Below, in pieces: positions 19,401 through 29,225 of a DNA stretch of 64,000 bases. A program made the position numbers and the translations under genes. The stretch spans positions 6,221 to 70,220 of the forward strand of contig JBAXHY010000001.1 of NCBI GenBank assembly GCA_037138655.1. The letters run 5' to 3'. This DNA is from a bacterium (GTDB taxonomy: Bacteria > Patescibacteriota > Saccharimonadia > Saccharimonadales > SZUA-47). The first letter of the stretch is position 1. Each line of letters begins with the position of its first letter. Below the pieces are notes generated by a model that was given only the letters and a program-made list of their open reading frames with translations, did no database searches and was not told the origin of the DNA.

Positions 19401-22043
19401 TTATAGTTCGCCCCAATTTTCACCAATAGATACATCGACTCTTAGGTTTACGCCAAGTTTTGGATAAATGTTTTCCATAGTGTTTTTAAGTATTTCCGCT
19501 ACGTTGTCTGCGTCTGCTTTTTTGCATTCTATTAGTATACTGTCGTGTATTTGCAAAAGCTGTGTCGCACCTTTTGGAAGTAATTTATCTACAGCGGTCA
19601 TTGCCATTTTAGTAAGATCCGCCGCTGTACCCTGAATTGGCATATTTATTGCTGCTCTAAATGCACCTTCTCTGACCATAAAGTTAGGAGATTTAGCATC
19701 TGGAGTCGGTCGCCTTCTGCCTAGTAGTGTCTCTACGTATCCTCTTTTGCTTGCTTGTTCCCTAAACACAGTTATCATTTCTTTTAGTTTTGGTCGTACT
19801 GCAAAATATTTGTCTATAAATACTTTTGCTTCGGCCATAGTTATGCCTGCACCGGCGCTTAAGCCAAAAGTACCCTGACCGTATAAAATTCCAAAATTTA
19901 CCGCCTTGGCAGCGTAGCGCATTTCTTTTGTAACTTGGTCTGATGGAATTCCATTAATTAGTGCTGCTGTTTCGGTGTGAATGTCTCTGTCATTATTAAA
20001 CGCCTCTATCATAGGTTTGTCATTGCTCATTGCGGCGGCTATACGAAGTTCGAACTGACTATAATCGGCACTGACTAATACGTTACCTATTTCTGCTATA
20101 AAACCTTTACGAATTTCTCTACCTAGTTCTGTTCTAACGGGTATGTTTTGTAAGTTTGGATCGGTACTGCTTAGTCGCCCTGTTGCAGCAATGGTTAAGT
20201 TAAAGGTTGTATGAACTCGGTCTTTTTTGTCTGCCATAGTTGGCAAAGTGTCTACGTAAGTACTTTTTAGTTTTGTAAATTCACGGTAATTAGTTATGCA
20301 TTCTATAATAGGATGCACCCCTTTTAGCTTGTCCAAAACGTCACTTGCCGTACTGTAATGTCCAGATTTTCCTTTTTTGGTAACAGATGTTGAAAGGGCT
20401 AATTTATCAAATAGTATCTCGCTTAATTGACTTGGACTACTAATATTAAACTCTTGGTCTGCAAAACCATAAATTGTTTGTTCAATATCACTTATTCTTC
20501 CTTCAAGGTCTGCGCTAAAGTTTGCAAAAAATCCTGGATTTATTTTTATACCGGCTCTTTCCATGCGCGCCAAAACTGGTATTACGGGCCAGTCGACAGT
20601 TTGGGCACACATAATAAGACTAGTTACTTCACTTATCTGTTCGCCCTGAATGTTTGCAAGAGCCGTAATAACGGACACTAATTCTGATGCTCTTGCTAAA
20701 AGTTGGTCGTTGTCTAGATCTTCTAAATTACCTTCGTAGCCTAAATCTCTAGATGCAATATCGGTTAATGTTTGTTCCCTAGCTAAGCTATTTACTATAA
20801 ATGAACCAACCAATGTATCGTGCGAAACCTCTGGGATTGATAGCCCTAGTTCTAAAAGTACTTTAAAGCTACCTTTAAGATCATGCCCAATAACTTCTGA
20901 TATTTTAGGTAAAACAATGTTCTTTACGGTACGTAAATCAACAGTGTAGACATGCTCACTATCTGACAAAATTAGTACCGTAGGTTCGGTACCATGTTTG
21001 CCAGCGCTTGTAGCATGCAAAACTACAGTTCCCTGCAATTTTAAGTCTTTTAACTGATTAGGATTAACTACATTTACAACTGGAAGTTCGTGCAAATCAA
21101 CCAACCCACCACTAATAAGCGGGCCTTTAATTGTGTGCTCTGCGTGTTGTTCGGCGGTCATTTGCATGCCGTTAGGCAGGTTGCGAAGTAAACTCCTAAA
21201 TTCTAATCTAATTAAAATCTCTTTTAGTCTGACGGCGTCTAACTTATTAACATCCATTTCTGTTAAATCTAGTTCGATTGGTGCGTCGTCATACAAACAA
21301 GCTACCTTTTTGCTCATGTAGGCTAGATCTTTTCCTGCTACTAATTTTTTAGCTAAACTGTCTTTAATTAGGCTTACATTATCGTAAATGCCGTCTAGAG
21401 TTTTGTATTTTTGAAGTAAATCTATTGCACCTTTTTCGCCTATTCCAGGAACGCCTGGAATATTATCGGATCCGTCCCCTTTAAGTGACTTTAGGTCCAA
21501 AAATTGGTCAACCCCAATACCATATTTTGCTTCAAATGCGCTTTCATCGAACCGCTCAATATTAGTAAGACCTTTTTTTAAGGCATACATATGGGTTAGC
21601 GGACCAACGCATTGCAGCATATCTAGGTCACTACTTATAAGCATTGTTTCAATACCCTCTTTGCTGGCACGCTTGGCGAGGCCGCACATAATATCGTCGG
21701 CTTCATAGTCGTCTAGTTCGTATAACGGCCAATTAAAAGCCTCTAATAATTCGTGCAAAATAGGAATTTGAGTATAAAAATCAGGGGGTGCTGGTTTGCG
21801 ACCTGCTTTATATTCAGGATAAATCTCTAGTCGTCGTCGAATGTTAGTTTTTGGTTTGTCCCACGCCACACAAACATAATCAGGTTTAAGCCTTTTAATT
21901 AGTTCTAGCGCCATAGCAGCGAATCCGTATACTCCACCGGTGGGAGTTCCGTCTTTGGTGGTAAGATTAGGCATCGCATAATAGCCTCGGTAAAAAACGC
22001 TCTTACCGTCAATTATCGCTAACTTTTTGGGTGCTTCACTCAT
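19401..22043 (-). CDS. polA: DNA polymerase I
   Basis: 880 aa; 5'-3' exonuclease N-terminus, polymerase motifs (RRxAKAVNFGILYGQG, QIHDSILIE). Confidence 0.92.
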   Translation of the reverse strand: MSEAPKKLAIIDGKSVFYRGYYAMPNLTTKDGTPTGGVYGFAAMALELIKRLKPDYVCVAWDKPKTNIRRRLEIYPEYKAGRKPAPPDFYTQIPILHELLEAFNWPLYELDDYEADDIMCGLAKRASKEGIETMLISSDLDMLQCVGPLTHMYALKKGLTNIERFDESAFEAKYGIGVDQFLDLKSLKGDGSDNIPGVPGIGEKGAIDLLQKYKTLDGIYDNVSLIKDSLAKKLVAGKDLAYMSKKVACLYDDAPIELDLTEMDVNKLDAVRLKEILIRLEFRSLLRNLPNGMQMTAEQHAEHTIKGPLISGGLVDLHELPVVNVVNPNQLKDLKLQGTVVLHATSAGKHGTEPTVLILSDSEHVYTVDLRTVKNIVLPKISEVIGHDLKGSFKVLLELGLSIPEVSHDTLVGSFIVNSLAREQTLTDIASRDLGYEGNLEDLDNDQLLARASELVSVITALANIQGEQISEVTSLIMCAQTVDWPVIPVLARMERAGIKINPGFFANFSADLEGRISDIEQTIYGFADQEFNISSPSQLSEILFDKLALSTSVTKKGKSGHYSTASDVLDKLKGVHPIIECITNYREFTKLKSTYVDTLPTMADKKDRVHTTFNLTIAATGRLSSTDPNLQNIPVRTELGREIRKGFIAEIGNVLVSADYSQFELRIAAAMSNDKPMIEAFNNDRDIHTETAALINGIPSDQVTKEMRYAAKAVNFGILYGQGTFGLSAGAGITMAEAKVFIDKYFAVRPKLKEMITVFREQASKRGYVETLLGRRRPTPDAKSPNFMVREGAFRAAINMPIQGTAADLTKMAMTAVDKLLPKGATQLLQIHDSILIECKKADADNVAEILKNTMENIYPKLGVNLRVDVSIGENWGEL

Positions 22044-22080
22044 TTACTAACAGTATACTCCTCTCTGGTGATTAGTATAA

Positions 22081-22626
22081 CTAAGCGGCAAATTCACGAG
22101 CAAATTGTAGCACGTACCCAAGCCTAAGTTCTTCGTACGTTTTTCGTCCTATAAACCTATAAACATCGCCGTCGTATTCACCTAAAACTGGTGGCATATT
22201 TAAAGACTCATTTACAGACAATATCGCTCCCGAATCAATTACATCAATCTGAACCGAATTGGCAGTAATTGGCTGCCCGTCCCTGACTCCTATTTTTATA
22301 AGAGGTGGTTTTTGAAGTGTTACCAAAAGTCTTGCTTTGACTGTTTTAATTGTAATTTCGCCGTTGTCTTCTTCTATAACAGTCAAGGGATTCGCAATGT
22401 TAGTTGGTGGTTCAAATTGATATTCCACAAGTCTGCTTGTTCCAATTTGCATCTTTAAATACGAAGTACCAAACTTGGTCATGCTAGCATCCAAATATTC
22501 TACTTCTATTCCCTGCAATAATCCCCAATATGGAATTTCGTTGCCTGCTCCTAAAGTTAACGCATCGGCAACAAACTGTAAGTCTGCTGCGATTGGGTGT
22601 TGTTCGTAAGAAATAAATTCACTCAT
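22081..22626 (-). CDS. Hypothetical protein
   Basis: 181 aa, no recognisable motif. Confidence 0.35.
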   Translation of the reverse strand: MSEFISYEQHPIAADLQFVADALTLGAGNEIPYWGLLQGIEVEYLDASMTKFGTSYLKMQIGTSRLVEYQFEPPTNIANPLTVIEEDNGEITIKTVKARLLVTLQKPPLIKIGVRDGQPITANSVQIDVIDSGAILSVNESLNMPPVLGEYDGDVYRFIGRKTYEELRLGYVLQFAREFAA

Positions 22627-22686
22627 TAAACCTATATAAAACCAAGTCGTATTTTATTGCAACTACTTGTACAATTATAAACAGAT

Positions 22687-25455
22687 ATGGGTGGGGTAAA
22701 AACAGATACGTTAGACAGTTATAGGTTAAGTACGGCCGATTCTTTGGTTCAATATCAGTCAAAAATAGACGGATTAACAGATTCCGAGGTACAACTGCGC
22801 CAAGAAAAATTTGGTGCTAATAAATTATACTCCTCAAAAAGTGACAATTTAGCAATTCGTTTTATAAGACAATTCAAAGATTTAATGTTGCTTCTACTTT
22901 TACTTTCGGCAGCTTTTTCTTTTGCTATTAACGATAAACGAACCTGCATTATTTTATTGGCGATAGTTTTTATTAATGCTTTAATCGGATTTTCGCAGGA
23001 ATATAAGGCCGAAAAAGTAATGGAATCCCTAGAAAAGCTAATAGTTCCTTTGGCTAAGGTTAAACGAGGCGGTAAATTAGGTGAACTACCTAGTGAGATG
23101 TTGATTCCTGGTGACATTATATATATAGAAGAAGGCGACAGCGTTCCTGCCGATGCCCGCGTAATAGAAGAAAACGAACTAAGTACCAACGACTTTGCGT
23201 TAACTGGCGAATCAAATCCTTCGCGTAAATTTCAACACGCAATAGAGGCTCCTGTGCCACTTTCGGACAGACACAACTTAGTATACATGGGAACAACCGT
23301 AGCGACCGGTGACGCTACCTGTTTGGTTATAGCAACTGGGGCAAATACCGAACTTGGAAGAATAGCCAGCTTAAGCAGTGGCACAAAATCCGACCCCTCA
23401 CCTTTGCAAAAAGAAATGACAATACTTGCTACTACTATAACTAAATATACCCTTGGTTTAAGCGCAATACTTGCAGCTATTGCTTGGCAAGCAGACTTTG
23501 GATTACGAGATTCGTTTATTTTTGCTATAGGTATATCTAGTGCAATGATACCCCAGGGCTTGCCTGCCGAAGTCAACACAGCACTTGCAAGCGCCGCGGG
23601 TAGGTTAGCTAAAGATCGTGCCTTAGTTAAAAAATTAAGTGCCGTAGAAACTTTAGGTGCTACAAGTGTTATTTTAACCGACAAAACCGGTACGCTTACT
23701 AAAAACGAAATGACCGTACAACAACTAATTATAGGTAAAACTGTATATAACGTCAGTGGTATTGGTTACGAAAATAACGGTAAAATAAATTCAGATAAAA
23801 ACATCGCCTTAAATAATACCGAACTACAAAACCTTAAAGACTTTTTTGTAACTGGAGCTTTTGCAAGTAACGCCAAGATTCACGAACCTGACGACACTCA
23901 CGATACCTGGTACTGCCTGGGCGACCCGACCGAAGGTGCGTTAATAACTTTAGCCAAAAAGTCTGGCATAATCATAGAACAAATAGAAAAAAGTCATAAA
24001 GAATTACGAGAACATCCATTTGATTCAGCAAGAAAAAGAATGTCCTCAATTAGGTTTTATGATGGAAACTTAACGGCATTCATGAAGGGTGCGCCTGAAC
24101 AAATACTAAAAGTATGTACCCATTATTGGGACGGTAAGTCAGTCCGAAAATTAACAGTACACGATATTCAAGATATTACCGCCCGAAACGATTTATGGGC
24201 CAGCGCCGCAATGCGTAACTTAGCCTTTGCAAAAAGAATATTTCCTGAAGACACAAAGCTAGAAAATTTAGACCTAGAAACTACAGAAAAAAATATGATT
24301 TTTATGGGCCTTGTAAGTATGATCGATCCACCCCGCGAGGAAGTACCAGAAGCCATGAAAGCAGCGCGGGCTGCAAATATACCAGTTAGTATAATAACTG
24401 GCGATAACGCTCTAACAGCCCGTGCAATAGCTGTTAGAGCAGGTTTGGCAGCTAATCCTAGCGAGCTAAAACTTATAGAAGGCGACAACCTACCAAACAT
24501 GAGCGACCAATCTGTTTTGGCGCTCATTGCTAATGGACAAGCAATATTTAGTAGAGTCGCTCCAGAAGATAAATTACGTATAGTAGAAATTGCAAAAAAA
24601 GCAGGTTTAATTGTGGCCGTAACTGGTGATGGAATTAATGACGCGCCAGCACTTAAAAGAGCTGACATTGGTGTAGCTATGGGAAAAACTGGAACAGATG
24701 TAGCCAAACAATCAGCCGATATTATTTTGTTGGATGATAGTTTTAACACGTTAGTAAATGCAGTACAAACAGGAAGAGTTATTTTTCAGAATATTAGAAA
24801 AGCCGCACTAAGCGCAATCACCAGTAATGGTGGCGAATTATTTGTTGTTTTGATTAGTTTAATTGCAAAAACTAAGTTTGGAATACCAATTGCTATTGGA
24901 GCTGTTCAAATTTTAGCAATCGATTTAATTGCAGAACTGTTCCCTATCGCTGCACTTGGCTGGGACCCCGCAGAAGGCGACTTAATGCACGAAAATCCGC
25001 GTAATTTAAATGATCATATATTAAACAAATCAAACCTATGGGACCTTGCCTGGAGCGGCGCGCTTATGGGCTCTTTTGGATACTTAAACTACATTTTATA
25101 TTTTGTACGTAACGATTTATCGCCTGCTCACTTTAGCAAGGCTACAGTAGCTTACGCTACAGCCACAACGCTTACCTACACTACTATTTGCTTGTGCCAA
25201 TTTGGTAGCATTTTTATACGTCGAATAAAGCCTGGACACAAATTACTAACTAGTTATTTATGGTCAAACAAAAAATTATTTATAGCTTTTGGAATATCTA
25301 TAACACTAATGATGTCGCTAATTTACTTACCGTTCATTCAGCCATATTTTGGTACCTATAACCTTGCATTGGGTGACTGGTTTTATGCAATATTAGCAGC
25401 TGTTTTATTTGTAACAATAAGACAAGGTGTGTTCAGACTAAAAAAACAATCCTAG
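22687..25455 (+). CDS. P-type cation-transporting ATPase (type II, Ca2+/Mg2+-like)
   Basis: DKTGTLT phosphorylation motif, TGDGINDAPALKRADIGVAMG hinge, PQGLPA in M4, 10 TM topology. Confidence 0.88.
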   Translation: MGGVKTDTLDSYRLSTADSLVQYQSKIDGLTDSEVQLRQEKFGANKLYSSKSDNLAIRFIRQFKDLMLLLLLLSAAFSFAINDKRTCIILLAIVFINALIGFSQEYKAEKVMESLEKLIVPLAKVKRGGKLGELPSEMLIPGDIIYIEEGDSVPADARVIEENELSTNDFALTGESNPSRKFQHAIEAPVPLSDRHNLVYMGTTVATGDATCLVIATGANTELGRIASLSSGTKSDPSPLQKEMTILATTITKYTLGLSAILAAIAWQADFGLRDSFIFAIGISSAMIPQGLPAEVNTALASAAGRLAKDRALVKKLSAVETLGATSVILTDKTGTLTKNEMTVQQLIIGKTVYNVSGIGYENNGKINSDKNIALNNTELQNLKDFFVTGAFASNAKIHEPDDTHDTWYCLGDPTEGALITLAKKSGIIIEQIEKSHKELREHPFDSARKRMSSIRFYDGNLTAFMKGAPEQILKVCTHYWDGKSVRKLTVHDIQDITARNDLWASAAMRNLAFAKRIFPEDTKLENLDLETTEKNMIFMGLVSMIDPPREEVPEAMKAARAANIPVSIITGDNALTARAIAVRAGLAANPSELKLIEGDNLPNMSDQSVLALIANGQAIFSRVAPEDKLRIVEIAKKAGLIVAVTGDGINDAPALKRADIGVAMGKTGTDVAKQSADIILLDDSFNTLVNAVQTGRVIFQNIRKAALSAITSNGGELFVVLISLIAKTKFGIPIAIGAVQILAIDLIAELFPIAALGWDPAEGDLMHENPRNLNDHILNKSNLWDLAWSGALMGSFGYLNYILYFVRNDLSPAHFSKATVAYATATTLTYTTICLCQFGSIFIRRIKPGHKLLTSYLWSNKKLFIAFGISITLMMSLIYLPFIQPYFGTYNLALGDWFYAILAAVLFVTIRQGVFRLKKQS

Positions 25456-26300
25456 TTTTTCTTAGACAAAATGCTGCGCTCAACTACGGTTCTAACAACT
25501 TGTCTTTTTTGGGGTTTAACCTTTTTTTCGAACACTATCAATGGGTCATTTTTAATTTGTAATGCCGTCCAATTATAGGAATCAACTGCCGTATGAAGCG
25601 GAACGGCTATTTTTTTAGGTATATAAATAAAGCCCTTATTGGCATCTGTTTGCCACTGCGCATATCTTAATAACTGGGCGTGCACAAAGTCAGCAAACAT
25701 CTTTGGTTTTGCCCTTGCTTCTTCTTCTGATAAGTTTTTTAGTCCGTAAACTTTAATATCATTAACAGGAAAATAACATCGCCCCATTTCGCTGTCGTCG
25801 GTAAGATCCCTTAAAAAATTAATATACTGCATAGCTCTGCCCTGCATTCGTACTGGTTCTAGCGCTTCTTCTGGAAGATTTAATATGCGTGCTACAAAAA
25901 GCCCAACAACTTCTGCCGTTCCGTATACGTATTCTAGGGTGTCTTTTAATGAGCGGTACTGGTGTTTTTGAATATCCCATCTCATACTTTTTAAAAACGC
26001 GTCTACCCATGCAGGATCACAACCGTGACGATGAACAATGTAAGCAATATTCGATAACGCTTTTTCACTTACAGAATCGTCTAATGGTGAAGTCACAAAA
26101 CCGTTTGCAAGTTCTGATTTTATCGTTGTCCATCTAACTTCGATATATTCAAATTTAGCTAAATTACTAGGTGTTTGGTCTACAAAATTATGTACTAAAT
26201 TTATAAATGAATACAACTTAAATACGTCATCACGCATTCCTTTAGGAAAAAATCTACTACTCCAGTAGTAAGTTAACCTTCCGTTTTTAAATATATTCAT
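25452..26300 (-). CDS. Squalene/phytoene synthase family protein (trans-isoprenyl diphosphate head-to-head condensing enzyme; CrtB/HpnD-like)
   Basis: Motifs YVYGTAEVVG (YxxxxAxxVG), GRAMQYINFLRDLTDD (GxAxQxxNIxRD), GRCYFP (GRxYLP). Confidence 0.7.
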   Translation of the reverse strand: MNIFKNGRLTYYWSSRFFPKGMRDDVFKLYSFINLVHNFVDQTPSNLAKFEYIEVRWTTIKSELANGFVTSPLDDSVSEKALSNIAYIVHRHGCDPAWVDAFLKSMRWDIQKHQYRSLKDTLEYVYGTAEVVGLFVARILNLPEEALEPVRMQGRAMQYINFLRDLTDDSEMGRCYFPVNDIKVYGLKNLSEEEARAKPKMFADFVHAQLLRYAQWQTDANKGFIYIPKKIAVPLHTAVDSYNWTALQIKNDPLIVFEKKVKPQKRQVVRTVVERSILSKKN

Positions 26301-26351
26301 GTTTATAGTATGACAAAAAAAGTGTTCGTATACTGCAGTAAAAACTACAAA

Positions 26352-27440
26352 CTACTTACTTCTTCCTAGTAAACTAGTTACAAGCAGATCTAAAAATTCT
26401 ATGCCACCCTCAGAAAAAACTCCAATACAACCTTTTAATGATTCTTTTGCCTTTGAAACATGTTCAATAGCCTTAGTCTGGGCAAAGTTTAACGCGCCTG
26501 TTTCTGTAAAAATTTCTTTACATCTAATAAATTCAATATACGTAAGTTTTTCGTTACCTAACATTTGAATCAAAAAGTTTTTGTCGCCGCTGTCGGACCT
26601 ATTCAAGGCTTCTACGGCAAGTACAGTCCGCTTGCCTTCACGAATATCATCCATAGGGCTCTTACCTGCTTCTTGCTCGCTAGCAAAAGTTCCTAATATG
26701 TCATCTGTAATCTGAAAAGCTCTACCTGCGTGCATCGAATACTCATGTACAGATTCAATAGTTTTTTTACTTGCACCAGCCAATGTCATGCCAAATTGCA
26801 GTGGGTTTAAAAAGGTGTACTGTGCGGTCTTCCATTCTAATACTTGATCCACAGCTCGCTCACTAACTTCGTCTACAACCTCATTAAATATGTCGTTTAT
26901 TTGTCCGTGACCCGTAACAATTATTGCATCGTTTAGTAACGACAGTGCCCTTAATTTAAGGTGTGCATCTGTATTTAATGAAGCAATCAGACCCTGCGCA
27001 TAATGAGAACCTATAAGTGCAGCATTTATAGCAATAGACTCACCAAAATGACCAGAATCGCCTGCTAACTGATTTTGCTTATGATAGTTTTCTAGCAATA
27101 CATGGGCGGACGGACCACCCCGGCGAATTTTGGACTTATCCATAATGTCATCTAATACCAAAATATAGGCGTGCGTCATTTCGATTGCACTTGCCGCTTG
27201 AAGTATTATTTTTTTATTACTTCCACCGCACATTTCGTAGCCAACAATCGTTAAAGCACCTCGTATGCGCTTGCCACCTCTTGCCAGAACCTGAGTATAG
27301 GCGTCTACACCTACTGCCGAATATTCGGTAAATTTTTGTACTGTCTGTTCTTTTAAATTTTTGCTATGAAAAATAATTTCATCGTCGATTTCATTTTTAT
27401 AATTTATTAATCTGGATGTATGTTCGCTTAACTTACTCAT
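26352..27440 (-). CDS. Polyprenyl diphosphate synthase (GGPP-synthase-like trans-prenyltransferase)
   Basis: FARM LVLDDIMDKSKIRRG, second Asp-rich motif FQITDDILG, GKxxGxDIREGKRT. Confidence 0.8.
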   Translation of the reverse strand: MSKLSEHTSRLINYKNEIDDEIIFHSKNLKEQTVQKFTEYSAVGVDAYTQVLARGGKRIRGALTIVGYEMCGGSNKKIILQAASAIEMTHAYILVLDDIMDKSKIRRGGPSAHVLLENYHKQNQLAGDSGHFGESIAINAALIGSHYAQGLIASLNTDAHLKLRALSLLNDAIIVTGHGQINDIFNEVVDEVSERAVDQVLEWKTAQYTFLNPLQFGMTLAGASKKTIESVHEYSMHAGRAFQITDDILGTFASEQEAGKSPMDDIREGKRTVLAVEALNRSDSGDKNFLIQMLGNEKLTYIEFIRCKEIFTETGALNFAQTKAIEHVSKAKESLKGCIGVFSEGGIEFLDLLVTSLLGRSK

Positions 27441-27445
27441 TACGG

Positions 27446-28024
27446 TTAAAGCCCTAGTGACTTAGCAATAAGTTTGTTAAATGTACTAATATCTTGACTG
27501 TCGTTTTCTATAAAAATATCGCAGCGATCTTTTACTCCAGCCAGGCTAAGAGTTGCGTGATCTCCACTGTGATCCATTTCTAAAACTTCATCGGCAATAA
27601 ACTTTTCGTAAGAATGATTGTTTTCTAAATCACCCCTACCTCTGTCTTTTGACGTAATTCGATTAAATCTAACTTTAGAATCCGCGTCTAACCAAATCAT
27701 TTTACCTTTTAGCTCGTGTAAATGATCTGCTTCGCCTGGGTTTCTTAAACTACCAGTAATAAGCCCTGCATATGCTACATCTCCGCCTTCGGATTTGTAA
27801 GTTTCTATGGCTTTATCTACAAGTACGCCAAGCCCGCTTTGTCGTCTCCACTCTGCACTAATATCGCGTAAAATATCTCGCTCTACCCCGAGCCCTCTTT
27901 TTCTGGCTTCTTCACGCAAAAGATCGCTGCTGCTTACAAACAAAAAATTATGTTCTTCGACCAAAAACTGAGCAAGAGAATCCTTACCACTGCCGTTTGT
28001 ACCCGAAAGTCCTAGTAAAATCAT
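27446..28024 (-). CDS. P-loop kinase of the phosphomevalonate-kinase(animal-type)/dNMP-kinase-like family
   Basis: Walker A LSGTNGSGKDS (the unusual GKxxSGKD form), C-terminal IFIENDS; 192 aa; 5-nt gap to the prenyl synthase gene. Confidence 0.45.
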   Translation of the reverse strand: MILLGLSGTNGSGKDSLAQFLVEEHNFLFVSSSDLLREEARKRGLGVERDILRDISAEWRRQSGLGVLVDKAIETYKSEGGDVAYAGLITGSLRNPGEADHLHELKGKMIWLDADSKVRFNRITSKDRGRGDLENNHSYEKFIADEVLEMDHSGDHATLSLAGVKDRCDIFIENDSQDISTFNKLIAKSLGL

Positions 28025-28085
28025 ATTTTTAGTTTACCACGCCCCTGTTACTAAATTACTTGTTCAAATATACTGAACAGTTAGA

Positions 28086-29204
28086 TTACTTTAGGTAATC
28101 CATCAATTTACGACTGTCTTTGTGCTTGCGCAGTTTTGCCAAAGCCTTAGCTTCAATCTGTCTAATACGTTCACGCGTTACGCTAAATTCTTGGCCTACT
28201 TCTTCTAGGGTGTGACTCTTGCCGTCTTCTAGTCCAAATCTTAGTTTAAGAATTTTTTGTTCGCGGTCAGTAAGTCCAGAAAGTAACTGTTTTACGTGTT
28301 CTTTAAGCAACTGATTAGTAGCTGATTCTTCTGGACTAATTGTATCTTCGTCCTCAATAAAGTCACCCAATACACTGTCTTCGTCGTCGTCACGAACGCT
28401 TGCGTCTAACGAGCTAATGTCCTGTTTGATTTTCATTATGTGCTCTACTTTATCAACGTCAATTTCCATCTCTTTGGCAATTTCATCGTTTGTAGGTTCA
28501 CGATTGAGTTCTTGAGTTAAACGTCGCTGAGTACGTAGTAACTTGTTAATAGTTTCAACCATGTGAACAGGTATACGAATAGTACGAGCTTGGTCAGCTA
28601 TAGCACGTGTAATAGCTTGGCGAATCCACCATGTTGCGTATGTACTAAACTTAAAGCCTTTGTCTGGGTCAAATTTTTCTACTGCACGCAATAGTCCAGT
28701 GTTACCTTCTTGAATAAGGTCAAGAAGATCAAGGCCACGACCTACGTATCTTTTTGCAATACTTACTACTAAACGCATATTAGCTTCGGCCATCTGGTCC
28801 TTAGCTTCACGATCACCAGCTACAACACGCTGAGCTAGTGCAAGTTCTTCGTCTGATTTTAATAGTGGAATCTTACCGATTTCACGCAAATACAAACGTA
28901 CAGAGTCATCTGCGATGTCGTCTAGGTACATTTTTTCGTCTATAACGATTTCTTCACCGTCTTCGGCTGTCCATTCGTCGCTAAGATCTTCCGGCTTTGG
29001 TTCGGTTACTCCTGTAATATCAATCTTAAGTTCTGCTAGTTCACCGTATAAGACATCCAAAATGTCTACGTTTTCAGGGGTGTCCGCAATAGCTGCATTT
29101 ATATCTCGTTGATCTATTTTGCCGCTTTTTTTAGCTTTTTCTATAAGATCATTTTTTGCATTTTCTAAAGATTCTGTAGGCTTATTTTTTGGTTCGTCTG
29201 CCAC
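28086..29204 (-). CDS. rpoD: RNA polymerase primary sigma factor (sigma-70)
   Basis: Regions 2-4 including [39 protein letters not shown] and C-terminal HTH. Confidence 0.92.
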   Translation of the reverse strand: MADEPKNKPTESLENAKNDLIEKAKKSGKIDQRDINAAIADTPENVDILDVLYGELAELKIDITGVTEPKPEDLSDEWTAEDGEEIVIDEKMYLDDIADDSVRLYLREIGKIPLLKSDEELALAQRVVAGDREAKDQMAEANMRLVVSIAKRYVGRGLDLLDLIQEGNTGLLRAVEKFDPDKGFKFSTYATWWIRQAITRAIADQARTIRIPVHMVETINKLLRTQRRLTQELNREPTNDEIAKEMEIDVDKVEHIMKIKQDISSLDASVRDDDEDSVLGDFIEDEDTISPEESATNQLLKEHVKQLLSGLTDREQKILKLRFGLEDGKSHTLEEVGQEFSVTRERIRQIEAKALAKLRKHKDSRKLMDYLK

Positions 29205-29225
29205 TTGGTTTATCCTTCCTGGACT

